Assembly: GCA_022840695.1 (NCBI GenBank)
Contig: JALHDC010000006.1
Coordinates: 1 to 33,353, forward strand
Direction: 5' to 3'
Source: a bacterium
Lineage (GTDB): Bacteria > Patescibacteriota > Dojkabacteria > SC72
DNA length: 33,353 nucleotides
Position numbers and translations under genes: made by a program. The notes under the pieces were generated by a model that worked only from the letters and a program-made list of their open reading frames with translations, searched no databases and had not been told where the DNA came from. This document shows positions 9,985 through 18,460 of this stretch, piece after piece. Within the stretch, counting starts at the first letter, position 1, and the number at the start of each line of letters is the position of its first letter.

Positions 9985-10258
9985 AAAGACAATATACTAC
10001 AGTTTAATATTTCCCAATCGTAACATTACTGCAACTTTTTATAATAAAGCTGAGTGAAACAAGAGTGCAGTGATAGTAATCGTCCGAGTCGATTTAAAGA
10101 AAATATTCATGTTCAAAATTTAGTAATCAAAAACAATCCTTATCAAAAAGAGATTATTTGAATGTTCAAAATTTCCATGTTTAAAAATTCACTCTAATGA
10201 GTATACTTAGGTTGAACAAAAACAAAATTTTTCAATTGAGATTTTCTCTACTGTTTCA

Positions 10259-11734
10259 CTAATAAGCCTTTGCAAAAATCCATTCTTCACTACTATCTTT
10301 TCCGCAATAAACACACTTTCCCTTAATCCCTACCCCGTCATCTGTTAAACATCTAGTGGTTGCCTTTGTATGATATTTAATATTTTCTTCACACTTAGGA
10401 TCTCCACACCAATTTGCTCTTACAAAACCTTTACCCTTTTCAAAAGTATTCTTTAACTCTTCAAAGTCCTCTACTCTATAGGTTTTAGATATTAGTAATT
10501 CCTTAGATCTGTTGTATAGATTTTCTTGAATATCACTTAATGTCTTTTCAACGACTTCTGTGAGGTCTCCAAAGCCATTTTTTACCTTCTCAGAAGTATC
10601 CCTTCTAACTATTACAACTCCACCTTCCTCCATTTCTTTCTGGCCAATTTCAATTCGTACTGGTACACCCTTCTTTTCCCATTCATTAAACTTGAAACCT
10701 GGCGATACAAAGTCTCTATCATCTAATTCTACATTAGAAATGCTCTTTGAAAGCTCCTTCTGAACACTTCTACTGTATTCTAAGACTTTCTCCTTGTTCT
10801 CATCTTTAAATATTGGAATTAATACTACCTTAATTGGAGCAATACTTGGAGGCAATACAAGCCCATTATCATCACTGTGAGTCATTACTAATGCCCCAAT
10901 CATCCTTGTACTTACTCCCCAGCTTGTTTGCCAAGGAGATTTCAGAGATCCATCTTTGTCTGCAAATTGGATATTGAAAACCTTTGCAAAATTTTGACCT
11001 AAATCATGGGATGTTCCGAATTGAAGAGCCTTACCATCTTGCATCATTGCTTCTACACCATATGTATTCACAGCACCTGCAAATTTCTCTGAATCTGATT
11101 TTTTTCCATAGTATGTCTCCATAGCTAAGTATTGTCTAGCAAACTCTACATACATTCCTAGAGCCCTCTTAACCTCTTCCTGCGCCTCCTTGTGTGTTAA
11201 ATGGACTGTATGTCCCTCTTGCCAAAGAAACTCAGCTGTTCTCAAAAACGGTCTAGTTCTTTTCTCCCACCTTACTATATTTGCCCATTGATTTATTCTT
11301 AATGGTAGATCTCTCCATGATTTTATCCATGTTGAGAATGTATCATACATTATTGTTTCAGATGTAGGTCTAACTATTAATTCTTCTTCCAATTTGGAAT
11401 CAGGATCAACTTCTACCCCTTTTCCATCAGCTGTTTCTTTTAATCTATGATGAGTTACAACAGCACACTCTTTGGCAAAACCTTTTACATGATCCGCTTC
11501 CCTAGAAAGAAACGAAAGAGGAATGAAAATGGGAAAGTATGCATTTTTTGCTCCTGATTCCTTTATCATCCTATCTAGTCCTTTCTGTATATTTTCCCAT
11601 ATTGCATAACCGTATGGTTTAATAACCATACATCCTCTAACAGATGAATTTTCTGCTAATTCCGCTTTCTCTATGACATCCAAATACCATTCTGGATAGC
11701 TTTTTTCTCTAGGAGTTATACCTTTGTTTGACAT
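10259..11734 (-). CDS. proS: Proline--tRNA ligase, archaeal/eukaryotic-type (no editing insertion)
   Basis: RPTSET, QWANIVRWE.RTRPFLRT.EFLWQEGHT, SWGVSTR, C-terminal zinc-binding region ending FAKAY. Confidence 0.97.
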   Translation of the reverse strand: MSNKGITPREKSYPEWYLDVIEKAELAENSSVRGCMVIKPYGYAIWENIQKGLDRMIKESGAKNAYFPIFIPLSFLSREADHVKGFAKECAVVTHHRLKETADGKGVEVDPDSKLEEELIVRPTSETIMYDTFSTWIKSWRDLPLRINQWANIVRWEKRTRPFLRTAEFLWQEGHTVHLTHKEAQEEVKRALGMYVEFARQYLAMETYYGKKSDSEKFAGAVNTYGVEAMMQDGKALQFGTSHDLGQNFAKVFNIQFADKDGSLKSPWQTSWGVSTRMIGALVMTHSDDNGLVLPPSIAPIKVVLIPIFKDENKEKVLEYSRSVQKELSKSISNVELDDRDFVSPGFKFNEWEKKGVPVRIEIGQKEMEEGGVVIVRRDTSEKVKNGFGDLTEVVEKTLSDIQENLYNRSKELLISKTYRVEDFEELKNTFEKGKGFVRANWCGDPKCEENIKYHTKATTRCLTDDGVGIKGKCVYCGKDSSEEWIFAKAY

Positions 11735-11766
11735 AAGTACTATTCTACACTATTTTTTGTAGGAAA

Positions 11767-13152
11767 TTAAACAATTTTTGGTTCAAAACCCCAATGTTGA
11801 GCTGCTTTAGCTAATGCACTATCTGGATTATCTTTGATCCAATCATCTATATTACCTCTGCCCAATGCAATCTCTTTAGCTTGTACTACTGCCTCTACTC
11901 CGGCCTCTATACCCCATGGATGACCTAAAACTCCACCTCCACACTGTATCATTATGTCTTCTCCAAGTTGATGTAATACTTCTGGAATACTCCCAGGATG
12001 GAGTCCACCAGATGCAACATGCCATACTGGTTTCATTCCAAACCAATTTTGACCAAGAGTAATTGATGACTCAGGAGTAATATCTAATTGCAAGACATCC
12101 CTTATTAATTTGGGCTCACCATAGTTTTCCATCTTTGTTTTAGGAGCTCCACCATGAAAAGAATCGACTCCTAAAAGTCTCATAATTTTGGCATTTGCAA
12201 CCATAGACATAGAAAAATCTACTATTTCACCCTTGTCATAGACTCCAGGACCAGATTCTCTTGTAAAAAGACTATGCATAGCTCTATGTGCATGTATAGC
12301 CAATCCAGGATTTTTTAATCTCATTGTATGAACAGCAGAAAATCCTGTAGTTACAACATCCATCATCATCCATCTCCCACCCTGTGCCTTTATTTTATCT
12401 GCTCTAGAGATCATAGTATCTAAGTTAGAGTGAGTGATATTACATAGATAGAATTTTCTCTTTCCACTCTTCTCCTCCACTTCTCTCCTCACCTTATGTA
12501 CTAATTCACATCTGTCATCAAATTTATTAAAGAAAAGACTAGTTAGATTCTCATCATCCTTAATACCGTGATATTCACCATTAGCAGCAGTAAAGAGAAT
12601 CTTGGCTAATTCTGCTTGTTCTTTAGCGGTTCTTCCAACTTTTGGTTTAGGTACAGTGAGTAGTAGTGGCCCCTCTTCCACTAATAACTGCTCCCTTACT
12701 CCATCTATACCAAATTGGGGACCGGGAAAAGCCTGAACCATACATTTGGGAAACCTTATATCCAAACATCTAAGTGCTTTTAACATCTTCATTCCACCAA
12801 CATTCCCCACTACACCGGCAAGAAAACCAGACATATTATCTACCTCAAAAAGGTCTGCTCTATATGCAATTTTGAAAGTTTTAGTCTCTGGTTCTAAATC
12901 AAAAGCTATTGCTCTCATCTTATCAGCCATAGCTACACCAGAATCTTTTCCATCATATACCTTAGTCCATGTCCCTGTTGAACTCTCTGCAGCACATGCA
13001 GCAGCCACAGTTTCAAACTGATCCATCTCAACCCCATCTGCTAACTCTATATCTAGGAATGTAATAATGTAATCCTCATCGGAATTTTTAGGTTTCCACC
13101 CTTTTGGAGCAATATATCTACTAGAATATGAATTATCCTCTTTTTTGAACAT
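11767..13152 (-). CDS. rbcL: RuBisCO large subunit, form III-like (CPR type)
   Basis: AAESSTGTWT, GN (N123), KPK (K175/K177), IKDDEN (K201/D203/E204), HAHRAMH, loop-6 lysine in TKME, SGG, GGG..GHP. No small-subunit gene is adjacent. Confidence 0.92.
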   Translation of the reverse strand: MFKKEDNSYSSRYIAPKGWKPKNSDEDYIITFLDIELADGVEMDQFETVAAACAAESSTGTWTKVYDGKDSGVAMADKMRAIAFDLEPETKTFKIAYRADLFEVDNMSGFLAGVVGNVGGMKMLKALRCLDIRFPKCMVQAFPGPQFGIDGVREQLLVEEGPLLLTVPKPKVGRTAKEQAELAKILFTAANGEYHGIKDDENLTSLFFNKFDDRCELVHKVRREVEEKSGKRKFYLCNITHSNLDTMISRADKIKAQGGRWMMMDVVTTGFSAVHTMRLKNPGLAIHAHRAMHSLFTRESGPGVYDKGEIVDFSMSMVANAKIMRLLGVDSFHGGAPKTKMENYGEPKLIRDVLQLDITPESSITLGQNWFGMKPVWHVASGGLHPGSIPEVLHQLGEDIMIQCGGGVLGHPWGIEAGVEAVVQAKEIALGRGNIDDWIKDNPDSALAKAAQHWGFEPKIV

Positions 13153-13168
13153 GGCAGATTTTCAATAA

Positions 13169-13861
13169 CTAAAATTTCTTCTCCAATTTACCCCTTCTCC
13201 TATTTACTTTGTCCTCTCTCCTTCTACTTTGAATTTCCTTTATTGATCCTAAGAAAGATACAGCAACATTATTTATCTGATTAAAGAAGATTCCAAAAAG
13301 CATGAAGAATGCTCCAATACCAATTATTCCTCTTGTATCATCAAATATTCCTGATTCTGGTAATGAACCACTACCTGTTCCACCTCTAGGTACAGGATTA
13401 TTTGCGGTTGAGAGAGTATATGTACCTCCCGTTTTAGTCAAAATATTTGGATCTGTACTACTAAATGTAAATGTAGATGCCCCTGTCCCCGTAGATCTAA
13501 AATACAAAGTAGCTATAACTCCATTATATGGATCAGGACTTCCAGTAATTGGTTTAAAACATAAAACAGAAAGTGTCCCAGTTCCCGCCTCTGCTTCAAA
13601 TGATCCTCCACATATACTCCCAGCTGTTGCACTCATATACTCTACTGCTCCAGTAAACGAAATATTTACATCTACAGCGGTAAATTCATCTGTTCCACTG
13701 TTTACAACTAAGGACAAAGCCGTATAGTCAGCATATATTGTTCCAGTAGCTGGAGATAGTGCAATAGAAGTGTAATCAGCAGATACGGAAGATGGTACTA
13801 ATGTCAAAAGCAAGGATAGTGAAAGTATCAAAGAGAAACATTTCCTTCGAAGGCAGTTCAT
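13169..13861 (-). CDS. Secreted cohesin-like protein with a C-terminal LPESG/TM/basic-tail anchor
   Basis: Likely start MNCLRRK at 13861 with a signal peptide ending VSA. Cohesin-like strands IALSP...LVVNSG...AVDVNISF...GVIATLYF. LPESG at 13349-13363 is followed by a hydrophobic helix and an Arg/Lys-rich tail. Confidence 0.7.
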   Translation of the reverse strand: MNCLRRKCFSLILSLSLLLTLVPSSVSADYTSIALSPATGTIYADYTALSLVVNSGTDEFTAVDVNISFTGAVEYMSATAGSICGGSFEAEAGTGTLSVLCFKPITGSPDPYNGVIATLYFRSTGTGASTFTFSSTDPNILTKTGGTYTLSTANNPVPRGGTGSGSLPESGIFDDTRGIIGIGAFFMLFGIFFNQINNVAVSFLGSIKEIQSRRREDKVNRRRGKLEKKF

Positions 13862-13994
13862 ATTAATATTCCTTAAATTTACATTAATAAATATATTGCA
13901 ATAAATATGAAGCTTTGTCAATTAATTACCTCTTTACTTTCTGTTTTTACTCTGATACTCTGAATTAAGTAATAATTTATTATTTATCTCAATT

Positions 13995-14600
13995 ATGTTA
14001 AGGAAATATGTTTTTGGATTGTTGTTATTCATTGGTTTTAGTTTTGTTGTTACAGGCAAGGCATATGCTGCAGTGAATATAGAATTGGAGGATGATAAAG
14101 AGAATAAATCTCTTTCGGTAATAGTGAATTCAAATGGTAGTTATGTTGGAGGTTTAGATATGAATATCAGATATTCTGATGATGTAACTATAAAGGAGAT
14201 AACTCCAACTGAAGGATTATGTAAATTCGGTGGAAATACAACTTTTGATGAAGAGAGGATCAATATTGAGTGTTTTAATGATGTTGATACAGAAATGTCT
14301 GGAGTATTAGCTACAATTACATACGAAACTCAATCTGAAGATTATTTCTTCTATATAGATGAAGATACATTGGATTTAGGATCCTTAATAATTGGAGATA
14401 TATTGAATGTAAATAAGCCAGAGAATATAGAAACTGATGAGGTTGATACTACAGATGAAATAGAAACAGAGGAAGCTTCTCTATTTGATACAGTATCTAC
14501 ATTTCTTTCAGACAATGCTTTATATGTATTAGCAGGAGTAATAACTCTTATAGCTATAATATTAGCAGTTGGAGGATTGACAGAGAAGGGAGAAGATTAA
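13995..14600 (+). CDS. Secreted acidic cohesin-like protein with a C-terminal TM anchor
   Basis: Signal peptide ending AYA, VIVNSNG...GGLDMNIRY...GVLATITY, acidic linker, C-terminal TM helix. Similar to the divergently transcribed neighbour. Confidence 0.65.
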   Translation: MLRKYVFGLLLFIGFSFVVTGKAYAAVNIELEDDKENKSLSVIVNSNGSYVGGLDMNIRYSDDVTIKEITPTEGLCKFGGNTTFDEERINIECFNDVDTEMSGVLATITYETQSEDYFFYIDEDTLDLGSLIIGDILNVNKPENIETDEVDTTDEIETEEASLFDTVSTFLSDNALYVLAGVITLIAIILAVGGLTEKGED

Positions 14601-14616
14601 AGATTAAATAAAATCT

Positions 14617-16353
14617 TTATATTTTCGAATTGGTCGACACTGGTCTTGTAGAACCAGTGAATGTAGACATATACTGAATTGATATTCTACCAATTCCTCC
14701 AATCCCTCCGTACGAAGATGGAGTCCCACCATCTGCTGTGACCTTATTTGTGCTAAGATCCAAGATATTTCCGATAAGTCTTACAGATCCTCCTGCTCCA
14801 CTACCACCTGCGGCACATCTCGAGCCTGGAGCTGCTGAATCTCCTCCATTAGCAGAAATCCTACCACTTACAGTAATTTTATTAGCTGCTATGAGAACAA
14901 TTCCACCTCCATTTCCGCCATTACTACCTGTATGAGCAGTTGAATCCCCACTTGTACCACCTGCTCCCCCTCCTCCTCCGAATATTAATAACGAAGTATC
15001 TTTAATATTTGCAACTGCACCACCACCACCACCTCCTGCAGCGGTTTTAGAATACCATGTATCCGCATATAATTCGTATCTACTAGCATTTCCACCAGCC
15101 CCACTAGATGTATCACTACCATTAACACCATCATTACTACTCGAGCTATTAACACTCTTTCCTCCTGTGCCAAAAGTAGCATTGCCACCTCCACCGCCAC
15201 CTCCTCCAAAAGACTTAGGTCCAGAATTAGCTGGAGCTGATGTTAAAACTGCATTGCCACCTCCACCTCCTCCAGTTGCACCTATTAATTGAGACCCAGA
15301 ACCTGGCTTTTTTGTAGAATAATAACCCCCATCTCCACCTCCACCACTAAAAGTACCCGCATAACCATAAGTATCAGAATTATTATCCCCTCCTCGACCT
15401 CCTTTCCCATCATTCCCCTCCAAAAAGAATAATCCTTCTCCCGCTCCAGGGTTACACGATGCAGTGGCACACTTTATCCCTCCTCGGTATCCCGTTCCAT
15501 CTGCATGAATAATCCCTTCAACATTAACTGTTCCTGTAGCTCGGAAGAAAACCACTCCTCCCGATTCCCCATCCCAAGCCGAAGGATACAAATTTTTTCC
15601 AGCAGCAATATTAACATTTCCATACTGAGGAACTCTTTGAACCATTGCCTTGGCACCAAAAGGCTTTGTCCTTGGAGTATTCAAGGTTATCTTATCTCCA
15701 GCAACACTTGCTACAATAAAGGTTTCGTAATTACCAACAGTTTCAACATTTGTCTCAGTTCCAGACAATCCAATAATCAAAACCTCGTCCCCTGTCTTTA
15801 CACAAGCTTCACTGACTCCCTCATTAACCTGTACAACAGTATCCGAATCAAATTTAACAACCGTATACGATTTAGCATCTGCACAAGACCTTGTAGATGA
15901 AATAGTTGCGGTATTTATATTGGTATCAGCACTTACAGAAATATCTCCATCTATTCCAGTACCAAACAGTGGGGAATTTACAACAACAGGAGGAGTTACA
16001 CCTCCACCTCCAGCAATCGATGCTTTATACTTTCTCCAAAGATTTAACCATAATACAAAATCTGAGATACCTATCGCCTCATTCTTATCTAGATCACTCA
16101 TAGCATTATATGCTGTAGGACTATCTCTAAATTGTCTGAAATTACTCAACCATATATTGAAATCCTCTATACCTAGACTATTGTCAGCATTTAAATCAGC
16201 TATCTTAAATTCTTCTGCCAAAGTTCCTGTATTACCTGCTCTACTCCTTAAATCAAAAACTCCGTCTATTACATAATAAATTGTTAGTGGTGTTAGTAGA
16301 AGAAAAACAACAACAGCCAAAAAGAGTTTACTCTTTTGATTTATTCTAAACAT
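14617..16353 (-). CDS. N-terminal TM/signal + dockerin-like duplicated EF-hand domain + glycine-rich extracellular module
   Basis: ADLNADNSLGIEDFNIWL / SDLDKNEAIGISDFVLWL duplicated Ca-binding loop-helix, then FGTGIDG...GDEVLII...QRVPQY...GGVVFF and many poly-Gly tracts. Confidence 0.8.
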   Translation of the reverse strand: MFRINQKSKLFLAVVVFLLLTPLTIYYVIDGVFDLRSRAGNTGTLAEEFKIADLNADNSLGIEDFNIWLSNFRQFRDSPTAYNAMSDLDKNEAIGISDFVLWLNLWRKYKASIAGGGGVTPPVVVNSPLFGTGIDGDISVSADTNINTATISSTRSCADAKSYTVVKFDSDTVVQVNEGVSEACVKTGDEVLIIGLSGTETNVETVGNYETFIVASVAGDKITLNTPRTKPFGAKAMVQRVPQYGNVNIAAGKNLYPSAWDGESGGVVFFRATGTVNVEGIIHADGTGYRGGIKCATASCNPGAGEGLFFLEGNDGKGGRGGDNNSDTYGYAGTFSGGGGDGGYYSTKKPGSGSQLIGATGGGGGGNAVLTSAPANSGPKSFGGGGGGGGNATFGTGGKSVNSSSSNDGVNGSDTSSGAGGNASRYELYADTWYSKTAAGGGGGGAVANIKDTSLLIFGGGGGAGGTSGDSTAHTGSNGGNGGGIVLIAANKITVSGRISANGGDSAAPGSRCAAGGSGAGGSVRLIGNILDLSTNKVTADGGTPSSYGGIGGIGRISIQYMSTFTGSTRPVSTNSKI

Positions 16354-16401
16354 ATTTAGTATATAATAAAGTTATAACTATACTTATTTAATATACAAAA
16401 T

Positions 16402-16430
16402 ACTTTACAGCTATATACAACCTCTGTCAA
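16402..16430 (-). promoter_or_regulatory. Sigma70-type promoter TTGACA-N17-TAAAGT for the dockerin gene
   Basis: Consensus -35 at 16430-16425, 17-nt spacer, -10 at 16407-16402. Confidence 0.6.
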
Positions 16431-16460
16431 GAAATATACAGAGACCGAAAGAGATAGATT

Positions 16461-17477
16461 ATGTTTGAAAAATTTGTTAAAGAAAAAGCCCTACCAAAAT
16501 ACAAAATTGATCAATTGTATCAACAGTTTTACCAATCAAATATTGATTCTTGGGATGCATTAACAACTTGGTCTTTGGAAGAGAGAGAGAATCTAAAGAA
16601 AGAGATTCCATTTTCAACATTGAACAATTTTGAGGAATTCATTTCTAAAGACAAGAGAACAATTAAAACATTAAGCTTAACAAAGGAAGGATATCCTGTA
16701 GAAACTGTATTAATGAAATCAAAGGAGAGAAATACCCTATGTATTAGCTGTATGAGTGGTTGTCCTGTTGGATGTAAATTCTGTGCAACAGGACAGATGA
16801 AATTTAACAAACCCCTCACCTCTTCTGAGATTATTGACCAGATTATGTATTTCAAAAGAAAATTAAATTCCTCAAAAGAGAATATTACGAATATTGTTTT
16901 TATGGGAATGGGAGAACCGATGTTGAATTTAAATAATGTGGTAGATGCTATCAATATCATTATTGATCCAAAAAGAATTGGATTAGGAAGAAGAAGAATA
17001 ACTGTATCTACTGTTGGGTATATTGATCAATTAAAGAAATTCCTAGACAAAGATCTTGGAGTTAAGGTTGCAATCAGTCTTCATGCCCCTACTCAGAAAC
17101 TGAGAGAAAGTTTAATGCCCACTGTGGCAAAAGATAATACTTTAGAAGATCTAATAGATTTATTAATTACCTATCAAAAGAAAAGAAATAAAAAAATTAC
17201 ATACGAATACCTCCTATTGAAAGATGTAAATGATACTGTAGAACATGCAAAGGAATTAGCTAAACTACTAAGAAATCAAATAGCTTTGGTTAATCTAATA
17301 AATTTTAATCCTTCAAAGGAATTACCTTTCCAACCAAGTAGCAGGAAAAGAATAATAGCTTTTCAGGAAGTATTAGATTCTAGAGAGATAAATAATACTC
17401 TTAGATACTCTTATGGAAATGAAATAAATGCTGCATGTGGTCAATTAGCAAATATCAAGCCTGAAGCTTCTTCTTAA
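16461..17477 (+). CDS. rlmN: Dual-specificity 23S rRNA (A2503-C2)/tRNA methyltransferase RlmN (radical SAM)
   Basis: CISCMSGCPVGCKFCATG (CxxxCxxC), NIVFMGMGEP, ITVST, ISLHA, AACGQL. Confidence 0.93.
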   Translation: MFEKFVKEKALPKYKIDQLYQQFYQSNIDSWDALTTWSLEERENLKKEIPFSTLNNFEEFISKDKRTIKTLSLTKEGYPVETVLMKSKERNTLCISCMSGCPVGCKFCATGQMKFNKPLTSSEIIDQIMYFKRKLNSSKENITNIVFMGMGEPMLNLNNVVDAINIIIDPKRIGLGRRRITVSTVGYIDQLKKFLDKDLGVKVAISLHAPTQKLRESLMPTVAKDNTLEDLIDLLITYQKKRNKKITYEYLLLKDVNDTVEHAKELAKLLRNQIALVNLINFNPSKELPFQPSSRKRIIAFQEVLDSREINNTLRYSYGNEINAACGQLANIKPEASS

Positions 17478-18348
17478 CAGACACAACACTATTGATATAG
17501 TTCCCTTTTTCAAATATATCTAAGGCCTTTTCATAATAATCCCTACTGCTTTCATCTCCTAACATACTAAAATAATCACCCAAAGCTTCATAACTTTCGG
17601 CAATATCTCTAACTAATTGTTTCTCCTGTGCAAATTGCAAAGCCTTTTCAAAATTTTCTTTAGCTTGGTCAAGCTTCCTTAATCCTTGATATGCTTTTCC
17701 CAATCTTAGATACATCTGAGGAACAGCTAGACAGTATTCCTCTCCCTTGCTTTTTTTTAATATATATTGCAACAGTCGTTTTGCTTCATAATAATCCCCC
17801 TTGACGATATTCAAATTGGCAATATCCTGAACAATAGTCACCTCTCTTTTTATATTCTTAGCATTTTTTGCAACAAATAGTGCAAACCTATATTTCTCAG
17901 TAGCCTCTTCAAAATCACCCTTCTCAAAATATATGTTTCCTAATACTGCAAATGTATTTGCTCTTACTTCTGCAAATTTAATTCCTCTTTTAGGGCCAAT
18001 ATTTTCCTCTGCCTTCTTAGCATATTTCAATGCCTTATCTGCATCCCCTGTTTTAAGTTCCAAAAAAGCCATCGCAGTGAGAATATCTGATTCCTCTGTT
18101 TTATTTAAATCATTTCTTGCAACTTTTAAAGCCTCCTCATATGTCTCCTTTGCTTTTTTTGTATCTCCGATATCTCTATACAGATTTCCTAATTTCTTTA
18201 AAATCAAAGGAATATAGAAACAGAGAATTATTGGATCTTTCTTTACTTCCACTAGCAAATCTTCAAGAATACCTATTGCCTTATGAAAATCTCCATCCTT
18301 TTCTCTATACTGATCTGCTTTTTTGATAATTTCAATTGGATCATCCAT
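17455..18348 (-). CDS. Tetratricopeptide-repeat protein
   Basis: Repeated LGNLY..IG...KA...YEEAL / LGNIY...G.FEEA units. The start is moved to MDDP (18348) because the longer ORF overlaps tRNA-Pro. Confidence 0.85.
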   Translation of the reverse strand: MDDPIEIIKKADQYREKDGDFHKAIGILEDLLVEVKKDPIILCFYIPLILKKLGNLYRDIGDTKKAKETYEEALKVARNDLNKTEESDILTAMAFLELKTGDADKALKYAKKAEENIGPKRGIKFAEVRANTFAVLGNIYFEKGDFEEATEKYRFALFVAKNAKNIKREVTIVQDIANLNIVKGDYYEAKRLLQYILKKSKGEEYCLAVPQMYLRLGKAYQGLRKLDQAKENFEKALQFAQEKQLVRDIAESYEALGDYFSMLGDESSRDYYEKALDIFEKGNYINSVVSVKKKLQA

Positions 18349-18385
18349 TTCATAATTGTAGCAAGAAGGGAAAAAGGAATCAAAA

Positions 18386-18459
18386 TCGGGGTGATCCGAC
18401 TTGAACGGACGACTTCTACATCCCGAATGTAGCGTTCTAGCCATCTGAACTACACCCCG
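18386..18459 (-). tRNA. tRNA-Pro(CGG)
   Basis: CGGGGTG-TA-GTTC...GAAC-G-CTACA-TTCGGGA-TGTAG...GTCCG-TTCAAGT-CGGAT-CACCCCG-A. Confidence 0.95.
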
Positions 18460-18460
18460 T

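Noticed and set aside
9985-10258. CRISPR array, tmRNA or RNase P RNA in the uvrA-proS gap
   Set aside because: The repeats are only 10-13 nt and irregularly spaced. No tRNA-like ends and no GAGGAAAGUCC motif were seen.
11767-13152. Calvin-cycle autotrophy
   Set aside because: No small subunit, phosphoribulokinase or carboxysome genes are present, and the sequence type fits salvage-type RuBisCO.
18349-18444. 32-aa N-terminal extension of the TPR ORF
   Set aside because: It runs through tRNA-Pro(CGG). The ATG at 18348 has its own extended -10, so the extension is an ORF-calling artefact.
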